The notes below the pieces were generated by a model. The model made no database searches. It saw only the letters and a list, made by a program, of their open reading frames with translations, and had not been told where the DNA came from. A stretch of DNA of 64,000 bases, from assembly GCA_045837725.1 (NCBI GenBank), contig JBEWZL010000300.1, positions 62,001 through 126,000 on the forward strand, in the 5' to 3' direction. The position numbers and the translations under genes were made by a program. This DNA comes from Vermamoeba vermiformis (taxonomy: Eukaryota). Below, one piece after another: positions 25,850-38,562 of the stretch. Each line of letters begins with the position of its first letter. Position 1 is the stretch's first letter.

Positions 25850-28800
25850 TTAATTCTTGGGAGCAACGATAGCTAACAGAGATCCCACATCTACACGATC
25901 CTTAACTTGAACTGTAATTTCAGTAACGCGTCCATCGTGAGGAGCAACGACTTGGACCTAATAAATACAATATTAATATCATATACAAACCTATATTAAT
26001 TCTTTTCTGTAACTTACAGCCATTTTCATAGCAGTCACAATCATCAATGGTTCGCCCTTCTTGACCTCGCTGCCAACACCGACGTACATCACCTCAATAG
26101 CACCAGGAAGAGGGCTCGGCACGTGCTCCGAGTTAGTCAAGTCGGCCTTGCGCGTGTGAACTTTTCCAGCTTGAGCGGCCTTGTCGACCACACGCACCTT
26201 GCGAGTCTGGTCATTGACCAAAAACTCCAAGTTACGAGTGCCGTCGGAGTTCAACGGACCAACACGCTTAAGTTCAACCTTGTGATGCAACTAACATCAA
26301 TTAATTTTAGCATACGTCTGAAAAAACGCGATTTTTCAGATCTGATCCAGATGTGGTACTTACGAAACTGTCAGGACTGCCGAGCTCAGGCAAATCAACG
26401 TGAACGACTTGACCGATGATCATGCCCGAGAAGAACACTTCAGTCGAGAGCCAGCTGACCTTCCAGCCGTACTCCTTCAAGAAGTCCATGTACTCCTCAA
26501 AGACCTTGGGGTAAATGATCGATGTGATCACGTCTTCAGGGGTCATTTTTTGTCCGTACTTCGCTTCAAGTTCCGCAGTCTTGGCATCAAAATCGACCGG
26601 TCTCAACATCGCACCCTAAATTTAAGCCCACGTAAGCTTTTGTGAAAATTTCGAAAGTTTTTTTGGATGGACTTACAGGTCTGGTTGTCAATGGCTGACG
26701 ACCCTTGAGAACAATTGCTTGGACGTCCTTAGGCAAGCCGTGATGAGGGTAGCCCAACATGCCCATGAACAAATCAACGACTGACTCGGGGAACTCAATG
26801 TCTTTGCCCTTTGTCAACACATCCGCAGCAGTCATGTTGCTTTGAATGAGGAACAAGGCCACTTTAACGAACATTAGCACGAGTCTGTTAAGCCATACTT
26901 AGCATTAGACTTACTGTCACCGACGCACTTGCTGCTCGGAGTGACCTTGACGATGTCACCGAACAATCTGTTCACGTCGCGGTACATGTCAACAACGTCG
27001 TCCCAGCGGTCCAACAGACCCAAGTCCTTGCATTGCGCGTACAAGTTGCTGTATTGGCCACCCGGGATTTGATGCTCAAAGACACGAGCAGAACTACATG
27101 TAATTAGTTAACGAGTTCTATTGCCTAATTAGGCTATTACTTACCCGCACTTAAGACCGCTTTCGAAGGGTTGGTATTGAGTGCGCACTTGGGACCAGTA
27201 GACGTCCAATCGTTCCAACGACAAATATGGAATTTTCGGGTCACGTGGACTGCCTTCCAATGCCGCCAAGAACGCGTTCATGGAAGGTTGAGAAGTGGTG
27301 TCGGCCATAGAAGCCATTGCCAAATCTGGAAAGTGTCAGAACGACAGCCTAAAAATATCTAAATTTTTTCACGAGAGACTTACCGACAACATCGCAGCCA
27401 TTGTTAGCCATATTAATTACGGTGGACAAAGCAGCGGATGAAGTATTGTGCGTGTGGAAGTGCAAAGGCAGATCAGTGACGGATCTGATCGCGTTGACGA
27501 AAGGAACGACCATTTGAGGCTTCATAAGACCAGCCATATCCTTAATACCAATAATATGAGCTCCGGCAGCGGTGATTTGTTTGGCCAAATCCTTGAAATA
27601 CTCGAGCGTGTAGATCTTCTCGTTCGGCGACAAGAAATCTCCCGTGAACGAGATACAAACTTCCGCAATTTTGTTGTATTTTCTCACAGTGTCAATGCAC
27701 AGCTGCATTTGCTCGACGGAGTTGAAGCAGTCGAAGATTCTGAACACGTCAATGCCGTTCTTGGCCGCGAGCTCGACGAATCTCTCGTTGACATTGTCAG
27801 GATAGCTCTTGTAACCAACGGCATTGCTGCCACGGATCAACATTTGCAACATAATATTGGGAATGCTATAAAAGGAAATCGCAAATTAGTCCTGTGAAAT
27901 TTCATAATTTTTTCATACGTACTTCTTTCTCAACAAGCGGAGACGTTCCCAAGGGTCCTCGCCCAAAAATCTGTAGCACACGTCGTAGGTAGCGCCACCC
28001 CAAACTTCCAGCGAGAATGCGTCGTGCAACAAGCGAGAGGCTTCGGAGGCAATTCCGAGCAGATCCACTGTTCTAACACGAGTAGCCAACAAGCTCTGAT
28101 GCGCATCACTACAATATTGAACATTAATACTGCACTCATATAGTTATTTTCAACCGTTCTTACCGCATAGTAGTGTCAGTGATCTTAACGGACTGTTGCT
28201 GTCGCAACCACTTTGAGACAGCTTCGGGACCGTGGTTGTCCAAGATGTATTTAGCGTTAGGTCGCTCTTCAGTGGCAACAGGACGAGGCACATTGCTGGT
28301 AAGAGCTTTAGGAGTCAACACACCAGATGGTTGCTGCGAAAATTCGTTTTAGCGGATTCGTCCATGAACTGAAAAATAGGGGATATCTACTTACCTTGCC
28401 GAGGAAAGATGAGTAAGGACTGTTAAGAGTTCTATCAGCAATGAACTTGAGGGTCTTAGATGGAGGTCCCATGCTCTACAAAAGCTAGGGTTAGATCCGA
28501 TCCCAAAAATTCAAATCCAACGAGCTTACTTGATTGCGAGCACGCTTTTGACTTGCTGACAAACCCTTAGGAGTGCTATCAGCACGTGCAATTTCATCAG
28601 TAGACATGAGCTTGTAGAATCCCATGCTGTTGTACTTCTTGTAACGTTGTTGCACGAGGTTTTCAGGGGTCAATTTCAAGAGGTCGTTGGTGGTCGAGGT
28701 GAGGTACTTCTTGATGTCACTCATAATCAATGGACAGTTCTTGGTGACTTCACCATCCTATTGAAATACCACCTTATTAGCTCTTTTTCCAAGCCGGACT

Positions 28801-31289
28801 CAATATCACAAACTTACGTATTCCCAAAGAATGCGGTCGATGATGCCACGTTCCTTCAAGTCAGGCGCGTAGATCTTTTGCATGTTAGCAATCTCTCTGC
28901 AGTCAACCGGGAACTGTTGAGCCTTGTGATCTTCGTCCTTGTATCTACGTCGAGAAATGTTAGCGGATCTGCACCATTGTTCACGCATGCTGTTGTCACG
29001 TACCTTCCCAAGATAGAAGCAGCTCCTTCCGGTGAAATAACAGTGTAGTAAGCATTGCTCAACATAGCAATACGATCACCCATGCCAATAGCAAGGGCAC
29101 CTCCAGATCCGGCCTCACCGAGAACAACGCAAACGATAGGGACACGCAAACCAGCCTAGATTAATCGTCATTAGCCTCGATTACTATATATAAAAATGCC
29201 TTATTAACGTACCATAGTCAACAAGTTCGTGGCCAAAGCTTCAGATTGACCAGTTTGTTCGCTATCGAATGAAGGATAGGCACCAACAGTGTCGATCAAA
29301 GTGATAACGGGAATTTCAAAATGTTCGGCCAAGTTCATCAATTTGAGAGCCTAGAGCAAGATATAAGTCACTCAGATCCAAGAAGCAATGAGAAGTACTT
29401 ACGATACGGTAACCGGCAGGGTTGGCCATACCAAAGTTAGCATCGTGGCCCTTGTGAGTGGCCAAAACAACGCAAGGACGATCGTTCAAGAGTGCAATAC
29501 CACCGCGGATGCACGGATCTGATGAGACTTTGCCGTCACCAGAAAGTTCGATATAGTTCTTGAACACTGTTTGCAAGACGTCATCGGCGGATACTCTGTC
29601 GATCTTACGAGCAAGAGTATAATCTTGCGCGTGATCCTTTCTTGGTGAGCGTTCTTTGTCCTCATCTGCGTCCGAAGAACGACGTGGTGGTGAATCGCTG
29701 AGGACATGTGTGTTCGGATTAATATTTCTTCCTGATGGTCAATGTGAATCACTTACGTTTCTTTGTATTCGGCAGGGCTCATCTTCTCGTTGCGGCACTT
29801 CCACAAAATGTTCAAAATATTGGCCACAGTTTCGTCGATTTTGCCTGTAAAAGTACGGATCAGCAACAAATCAGGAACATCAAATTGTTACGGTTACTTA
29901 CTTTCGTCTTCAATAACCATATCGAGCTGACCATACTTCTTCAAGTATTCAGCAGTTTGGAAGCCTTGAGGGCATTCTTTGTCATAAGTAGCTTGATCCA
30001 TCTTGTAAACGGTGTTCAAAATAACGGCTAATTAAAGTATCTCCTATTAATATCAAAAGCCAAGCATATTAATAATTGCTAATACTTACAAGGACCAGCA
30101 AAACCGATACGAGCTCCGGCAATACCGATGCGGACGTCTCCCTATTAATTGTTTCATAAGCTTAGATCTCGCAGTGAATTCACATTTTGCCCAAGATTTG
30201 AGGATATTTTCAGTCTGAAAGTCTACTAATAGCTTAGTATTTCGATAGCGTACCTGCATCGCGTAAGAAGCAGAAACACCTCCGTAGGTCGGATCTTTGT
30301 TGATGGCAATGTAGGGCAGTTGTCTGTTCTTGAAGGCCTTCAAAGCAACGGAAACTTTCGCCATTTGCATCAAAGAAAGAGTACCCTCTATAATTTAAGT
30401 AATTAAGCGATCAGTATCTTTTTGATAATTTGTCCGATCAGATCTACGTTTACAACAATTGCTAATTGAGCGGTTTGCGTGTTTCCACGCTTATTGAATC
30501 AATCTTGATTAACAGTAGGGATGAAAAGAATTTCTGATAATAAGCAAATTGTTCGTTTGTTGTCGGTTACAAGCTCATCCAACAAGTTCTTGCAACAGAC
30601 GCGCAAAATAAAAATCACATTATAATAAAGGTATCAAAGAATGAGCTAGCATTCAGCAAAATATTGCGTGAAGATATTTTTTCAAATGATCGGGATCTGG
30701 ACGAAACCGAAAAGTTTTTGCAACACCCAGGAAATAAAATACATCGTTATTAACCTACCTTGCATGCGGGCACCTCCAGAGCGGCATTCGATAACAACAG
30801 GGAAGCCATATTGAGTCGCAAACTCAAATCCGGCTGTGATCTTTTGACCTTCAGCGCAGCCAAGAGATCCGCCCAAAAACTCGAAGTCGTGCTCCATCCA
30901 TATTACTTTCATGCCCTACATAAGTATTGAATCAGTAACGAGCTCCACGGAGTATTACTGGTGATCGGTACAATGGGACAATGAGCCCGAATTATTTTAG
31001 GGTTCATTGTCTCGTCCAATAGTACTGTACGCATAAAATACGTTTTGTATTATCAGGACAATTTTTTGAATTATTTTATTGAAATATTGTAAAAGATCCG
31101 TTAGTAGTTTACCTTCAAAACGCGTAGATGCACTGTAATGGCACAAAATTTGCCTGTTTTAGCTACAGCCTCTTCAATTTGCTTCGCGTAGCTCCTTCCA
31201 AAGTTGAATTGGAGGAAGTCCTGCGACCCGATCTCTCTAAAGAGCTCGATGCGGTCACCATCCGCTAACTTGTCGAAGTTTGCGCTCAT
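25850..31289 (-). CDS. Multidomain biotin enzyme: AccD-like + AccA-like carboxyltransferase + pyruvate-carboxylase CT/OADA + biotinyl domain, no biotin carboxylase (putative acyl-CoA:pyruvate transcarboxylase)
   Basis: AccD-like: [51 protein letters not shown]. AccA-like: [96 protein letters not shown]. Biotinyl domain: AMKM. Confidence 0.93.
30951..31026 (+). repeat. Imperfect inverted repeat/hairpin in the first intron of the transcarboxylase gene
   Basis: GGGACAATGAGCCC (30975-30988) pairs with GGGTTCATTGTCTC (31000-31013). Outer stem is AGTATTACTGG / CCAATAGTACT. Confidence 0.6.
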
Positions 31290-31653
31290 GTTGGAACCAG
31301 GACTAGACTAAATTTTAATAATAAGTCTATTATGGCACCTCAGACAAGTATTTCTAAATAAAGTTTCAGCACGCGACATTTCAATTTTATGTTTGGGAGG
31401 CTTTTTAGCCCACGAAAAATTTTGAAGCGGACGTAAACACCACGTCTAGCAAACGTAAGCCTCCTCATATGTGATACGATTCTTACAATTCGAAGGAAAG
31501 TTCGGCCTTTCGGATGTGATCCGAAAAAGGTCTGAAAGAAGTATCAGGAAGTGGCAGATTATCATTTGTCTCCGCAAAAAATTAATCAAAATTTTACGCA
31601 TAATATCTACAAGGTTGTTTTTCGCACATTGTTTTTAGATTTGGTTTTTTGAA

Positions 31654-32787
31654 TTAAGTTTTACGCTCCTTCTTCCATCTGTAAACAACAGAGCCATCAC
31701 TCTTCTTCTTTTTAATAACGGAGCCTTTGCCCTAAATACCGAAAGCGGTTAGAACGCACAGAATGTGAATCAAAACATCATGATCTAAATTTACCATCAA
31801 TGCGCGTTTCAGTTGCATTTGGAACAAAGTCTTCTTAAGTTCATTATCGCGGCTCATTCTACTGCGAAGTTCCTAGGATCATGTTAATAATCACATCATG
31901 TAAAATGATTGATCGCAAAAAAAAAAATCGATCTTGGCAAGAGATAATTTAAGCGTGATATTATTATGTATGATAGTACGTACTTTATAGCTTGAAGCTT
32001 TAGCCTTTTCAATTTCGTTCAAATCTTTCTTTGATACTTTATCCTTGTTGATAATAATGACGTCGTTTTCAATCATCTCCTTTGTAGGTCTGTTGTAAGC
32101 ACGAGTTAAAAGCTCTTTAGGAGTGTTAAAGAACTCTTCGGCGTCGAATTCTTCCGCTTCTTCTTCGTCGGAAACAAAAATAGTGTGTTTTTCTGCCAAC
32201 TTCTTAGGACCAACTTCGTCCAAAAATCCAAGGCTACTTTGCAACTTCTCGATTTTCTATAACATAACAGTTAATAAAAGGTGTCAACTTTATACTATTT
32301 TACCAAGTTGGAGTGAATTTTGAATTAATGTAAGGTAGATCCATTGACGCCAAAGTGCGTGTACACGTTACCTTTGCTTCCATAGAGTGGCGCATAGCGA
32401 CATATGCCATATCTTGTTGCTTCATTTCTGCCATCTCATCATGTGTATATTGAGGTCCGCCGTTGATCTTGCGATGAACGCCATTCTACAATCGAAAAAT
32501 TGTTCGTTAGATCTACCCGATCGAAGACACCAAAATATTTGCTCAAGGCAATAATAGTGTGTACTTACGACTTTGCGCGTATTAACCATCTTGAAATAAT
32601 ATTCATCGGGGTTTCTGAATGCTGCTTTCTGTTCCAATTTCTTAATGGTCGCTTGTTTCTTATTGTAATCCTTGGCACGTTGAACGTAATCCTTGTGCTT
32701 CTCTAAAAGACCCAATTTTTGTCTCTTGCCAGGCTGATGACGCTCTTTATGTGTTTTTTGTGGGACTGCATTTCGTAGTGACGACAT
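31654..32787 (-). CDS. UTP11: U3 snoRNP/SSU processome protein Utp11
   Basis: [50 protein letters not shown]-terminus [10 protein letters not shown]. Confidence 0.95.
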
Positions 32788-33161
32788 CTTGTAATATTTT
32801 TATAAATTTCAGATTTCGACCTGGGAGAACAGTAATTAGCGTATTTACGGCAAAAATGTTACATTTATAATATTTGTATGATGCCAAAGAAATAATTATT
32901 CTATTCCCAATCGTTTTGATTGAAAATCTGATTTAGATCGCGATGTCAACGACGATCTACAACAATTAGTTATTTCCTAAATTTGTACCATACCTTTATA
33001 TAAATATGCGTCGCTTATCAAAAATAACTTTGATTGTTGCACTGAGCGTGGGCTGAAAAAAGTTATGAAAGCTTTCGTTCGAAACAATTTTGTGCTGTTC
33101 CAAACACGTTAACAACAAGACCTAATATCAATTTATAATAGTATTATATAAATACTGCAGA

Positions 33162-34156
33162 ATGGTAAGTATAATCGATTTCTTGTTTGCGATTCGCAAC
33201 GGCTAACTCTGATCGATCAGGGTCGAACTAACGCAGTCCGTAAATTCGCCAAAGTAAAGAAAATTATTAGCCCTAAAGACTCTAGATTGTAAGAATAATA
33301 CGCAAATAATAATATTTACTCATAATAATTATCCTTGTTTTAGAAAAAAGAATCAAGAGAAGATCGACGACAAACAAGAAAAAAAGCGAAGAGAACAAGT
33401 TAATGAAGTGTATGAATAATATTATAATATTAAGCACTCGATTTTGAGCTAACATTTTTGCGCATCAGGGTCAAAACGTCATCGGCACTTTTCTTCTCAC
33501 ACAACACACAGCTTGGTCCTCCGTATCATATTCTTATTGATACGAACTTTATCAACTTCTCTATTCAAAACAAACTCGATATGTTCAATGCAGTGATGGA
33601 CTGCCTTTACGCCAAGTGTATGTGTCGCGATCTACGATCAACCAAAAAAATGCTTTTATTATTTTAACAATATATTAATCGTTATACAGTATGAGGCAAA
33701 AATATTACTATTTATTTAAACTATTTTAGCTACTTGGCGATCACGATCTGATCTAGTTTTTTAGGCACCCTTTACATTACAGATTGCGTTATGGCTGAGT
33801 TGGAAAAATTAGGCTCCAAGTTCCGCGTTGCATTGAAGTAAGTTACTATAGCATTAACAACCTATTTAATCGACGGGCAATGCAATTTTGGATCGCGTGT
33901 TACTAACCAGATCTCGAACAGAATTGCAAAGGACCCTCGCATTGAACGACTTACGTGCCTACATAAGGGTACTTACGCCGACGACTGCCTCGTAAAGCGA
34001 GTGACACAACATCGTTGCTATATTGTGGCTACGTGTGATAAGGATTTGAAGCGAAGGATCCGCAAAATTCCTGGTGTTCCAATTATGTACGTAGCTCAAC
34101 ACAAATATGCTATTGAACGTATGCCTGAAGCACCTGTGAATATTATAACCAAGTAA
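33162..34156 (+). CDS. FCF1: rRNA-processing PIN nuclease Fcf1/Utp24
   Basis: [85 protein letters not shown]. Confidence 0.95.
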
Positions 34157-34514
34157 TATAATTATTTCCATTTGTAAATTTGCGTCGAATTAAAATTTTG
34201 TTTCCAAAACTCATATCTCGATTAGAAAATCATCGCTTACGTTGACATCCAATATTATATTTATTACAAGTCATTACCTAGGACAAAAAATTAGCAGTTT
34301 TATTGCTTTCATAACAAAATTACGGTTAGTTTGTTCGTTAGCTTTACTTGATCTAATAACGACAGCGAGGACCGCCAGTTAAGGGTTGGCCTCTTGTTTA
34401 TTTATTAACAACGTTGTTGCTTAATATTATTTACAATTCACGGACGGTGTTCGGCCGCTGTGTTTCAGAAAATTAGTACGTGATCTGTGCATTCGGAATG
34501 TTGAAATTTGACCA

Positions 34515-36718
34515 TCAATTGCTACTAAAACTTATAGGAGGAAAAGAACTATCTTGAGCGCGCCAAGGTCGCTTTCCACCGTTGAAAGCAGACTTGGACT
34601 TGTTACCATTACCATTGTCTGGATCTTGATTGAGCGGAACATCAGCCCAAGGATCATCGGGGAATTCCAAGACTTTTCTATGACACGCGGCAGCAACTAA
34701 TTTTAACGCGATTAGCACCGTACACGACTTACAGAAAAATTTCCTTTTTTGGAAGATCCGGTACGCGATTCGATTAGAACTTGTGTAAAATACTTACTAA
34801 ATCCAGCGCAACCGACGCAAGGCAAGATGATCGTTAACACGATTATTAGCACCAAATAGGTAGGCATTCCAGACGAGTTCCAGCCACAGTAACTCACTGC
34901 ATACAAAAACTGAGTTAATAACCACACAAAGATTACTCTGTAGTAATAGTCGCTAAAACCAAGCAAATAGGAGTTAATTCTAAGAATTTTCAGCCGCATT
35001 AGTTCGTTTTTAAGATCCACTGGCAATTTGAATTTGACGGCATTTGGATCCGGAATTAAATCGCCAATATCATTATTAGTTACCTGAAGTGCTATCACAA
35101 GGAATGGCAAATATTCCATAGCACGCTTCAGTGAGTGTGAACATGGCTGTAGCCGCGTAAGCACGCTGCGAGATCAACGAATCGAAGTCTTCGTAGCCAA
35201 GATGGTACACCCTAATAATATTTCAGTATTAAATAATATGACCATAGTTGTATTACTTACACTGAAGTGCTTCCACCAGCCATGAAGTAAAAATCTTTGT
35301 TCCTGAAAAGAACCGGATGTCAGTACATTACAGTTCCGAGTTATTTCGAAGAAAATGAATAGCACGATATCACGTGGCTGTTAGTATTAATGGGTCTGTA
35401 TATAGTACTATTTAAGTTAGGGCGAGATACTTACTCGGCGTCATGCCAGGCGTATCCACCTGCGAAAGTGCCCAAAATACTAATAAAACCACTTTGTTGC
35501 GTATCGTATCTCAAGTAAAATAGGCCAGCATCGCTATAATCCATAAAATAAAGTCAATAAAATCAACCTAGATCCGTTAACAAAAAGACACGTCTACTTA
35601 CACAACATATATTACATCGTCTTTGCGATCGTATAATACTGAAGCTTCTGAAGATGTCATAGTTGCTGAAATTCAATGTTAGTTAGGGTGAGGTAAGCGA
35701 ATTTGAACCAGATCTACTTACACGGTAGCGGGATCACATCCACGATTGTTTTATCGACAGTCATGACCGTGATATCATCGTAATCGACTAAAAACATCAA
35801 GTTGTACTTGTCATTGAACACTAATGCCTGAGCCCAGGTTTTAGAACTGAACAACTCTTCGGTTCTACGCCACATCCGTTAATATCAATATCATTAATAA
35901 AACCAACTTACTCTCCGGATATTAAATTAGCTTTAACCACTACATATCCCATTGCGCTCGAATCAGTATCCGAGTAAATGCTAAAATAGTCCGTTGTAAG
36001 CATGGCAGTTCGGTTAACGTAAGCCAACTGAATATTTAAAGTCAGATCCGTTAAAATAAAAATAATAATGCTTGATATTACCGTATATGCGCAGAAATAG
36101 GCATTCATATTCTCAAAATCGATATTTAAGTGCTTGACGAAGACGTATTCCGATGCAAACACTGGTTCCAATCCTGATCCGTCAATATTGACCCTATATA
36201 GCGTGTATTTGCCCTAGTCATGATAAATAAAATTAATTAACAATAATTTTAGCAATATTATAGGTACTACTTACGAAGGACCCAAAATAAGCGACTTTGT
36301 TGTCCATATCATAATCGAACGTTAGACTTGCCGTACTGACGGCGCTATAAATGAAGTTGGCTGGTGCTAATTGCTGCAATATTCTACTGGAACTAAATGG
36401 AATATTTAATTAAAACCATTATTGATCGGTAAAATAATTGATTTTTCGAATTCAAGATTTAATACCCAATACGTGGTCTTAGTACTAAAAAAATAACGCT
36501 AATTAAGTTGTATTAATTTATACTTACGGTGCCTCATCCTTAGCTTGTGAGGTGTCGTATACCACGGGAGATGACTTTAGATCGTGCGTAATTCCAACGA
36601 GTGTATCATCCCAACCATCCATAATAATAAATCTTGTTATTTGATGAGGGTCGCTTTGTGCTAATGCAGCAGCAATGCACAGAGCCAGCACAAAGCAGAT
36701 TTTGAATGCGTTCTTCAT
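34515..36718 (-). CDS. Uncharacterised type I membrane protein (signal peptide, beta-rich ectodomain, single TM, short tail)
   Basis: Signal MKNAFKICFVLALCIAAALA, many GT-AG exons, TM YLVLIIVLTIILPCVGCAGFIAAAC, then HRKV.. Confidence 0.65.
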
Positions 36719-37282
36719 GTTCGCTTGGTGGGCTGATCGAGCGTTAATTTGATTGATATATACAAAATTAATAGTTCGGCATGTGCACTATTATTGAAAT
36801 AAATACAAATAAATGAATTTTTCAACGAACGAAATTGCAGAAAGCTATTTTTGGGTAGGTCGTCGGTTTTTTTCCCTACAATCCTACAGGTTGTCGGCCT
36901 AAAAAAAAACGCCGCCTTTTTGCCCGAAACCTACAAAGCCCAACCCCTCCCCTATTTTTGGGGTAAATCAGAATCAATCTGGCCAAAAGTTAGTTGGTTT
37001 GGCTTTTTAAGCTTTATGAACACATCTAGTTGGAAAAACTTAACAGTTCACTCGCAGAACCTTGCCTAACATCAAAGAGGGCTCCACGTGCCCCGACTAA
37101 TTTTTTACTCAAAATGAGCTTTTTGTGATCATGACAGAAGCTTACTATGATCACGCTTACTAGTAGTAGTATTGCCTGTTTGCGACTGTATTCGATCACA
37201 GTTTAAGCTGCGTAAAATTGTCGTGAGGAGACATTAATAACAAATTTAACGAGTCTGACAGCACAAACACATACCCAACATA

Positions 37283-38391
37283 ATGCTGTCTCGTGTATGC
37301 TTGCTCCTTCTAGGAGTATATATTCTTGCCTCTTGCGCACGTGCGGAGACAGTTGCAGAAGAACTTGTCAGATTGACCAACGAGTACCGAGGACAAAACG
37401 GCCTTCCCGCGATCCCCATATCATATTCATTGACTAGGGTGAGTATATATTACCTTTGAAACTTCAAATTCTTATTTGAATAGAATTGCGGTCAAAATAT
37501 CTCGCGATAAAATTTATTTGCTTGATCTAAATCAATTTACATTCTTTATGCGTAACGGTACCATGTAAACTATATTTGCTAAATTTGCATATTATGGTAG
37601 GTCGCTATAATTCATACTCTTGATTTGAACACGAACGGTGCCTCATCCGTGGTCGGTGATTGCAACATGCACTCGTGGAGCAACAAAGGCTTTGGATTAT
37701 GGAACGGCTGTTGCTATACTCCGGATCACGCACAAGCCTCGTGCATGTGGAACAAGCCACGCGAGATTACCAACGGTACTTTTACTGGTAACGGTTATGA
37801 AAACGCTGCTGGTGGAGGTGGATCATTGACCGCTTCAGGTACGTAAAAGTACATATTTAGAACATATTATTTAGAGTATTACGCCAATTTTTTGATCTTT
37901 TTTTGCAAGATCTTTATAATGCGAGATTTCTTACCGTAATATTATTTATTGCAGAGGCGCTTCAACTTTGGAAAGACTCTACGCCCCATAATAACGTAAT
38001 TTTGAACTTGGATATCTGGAAAGACATGACTTGGCGATCGCTTGGTGCATCTGTTTGTCAAAACTACGCCGTTTTATGGTTTTCAGATTGTAAGTACTTC
38101 TCTCGTTGTAATTAATTATCACATAATTTTTTGACGTTAATTTGATGCTAATTTTTTCGAAATTATGGCTAATTTCAATGATTCAATTCAGCTGCCGATC
38201 CCGTGCAATCATCCACTTCAACTTTGACTTGCGATAGTGTTACTTTGCCTGCACCACCGAGCAGCACTCCAAGCACATCCAATCCAAGCACTAACGGCAA
38301 TACTCCGAGCGGAAAGAGTCTCTCTAGCAACGCACAAATGATTGGATCTGCTTTCGGTTTGATTTCATTCTTGCTTGCTCTATTATTTTAA
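37283..38391 (+). CDS. CAP/SCP-domain protein, predicted GPI-anchored, copy 1
   Basis: Signal peptide; LTNEYRGQNGLPAI..SLTRVAIIH..MHSWS..GYEN..LWKDSTPHNNVILN; Ser/Pro/Thr stalk and hydrophobic C-terminus. Confidence 0.85.
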
Positions 38392-38562
38392 CTTGTGTTA
38401 TTAGTATCTCATTAATGGATAAATAGATTCATTCTATCCGGCTAATTGTGGGATTGAATTGCTAATTCTATTAATAAGGCCACGTCAAATCATTTCAAAA
38501 ATATATTCTGTTTTTTATCCATTATTTTTAGCTTAACAAGCGTACCTGCACAAAAGAACACG

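Noticed and set aside
27448-29048. Long plus-strand ORFs antisense to the carboxylase (also those antisense to NUP188, GST and the F-box-Miro genes)
   Set aside because: Shadow ORFs caused by codon bias of the real minus-strand exons; no recognisable motifs.
25850-31289. Annotation as ordinary pyruvate carboxylase or acetyl-CoA carboxylase
   Set aside because: Both need a biotin carboxylase domain, which is absent, and two different CT types co-occur in this gene.
31500-31540. Short hairpin TTTCGGAT-gtg-ATCCGAAA between UTP11 and the transcarboxylase
   Set aside because: Short enough to arise by chance, and prokaryotic terminator logic does not apply here.
36845-36975. Homopolymer-rich intergenic stretch with repeated CCTACA and GTCGG words (ORF 36851-37069)
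   Set aside because: No consistent repeat unit, spacer structure or coding signal. It may be a low-quality consensus segment.
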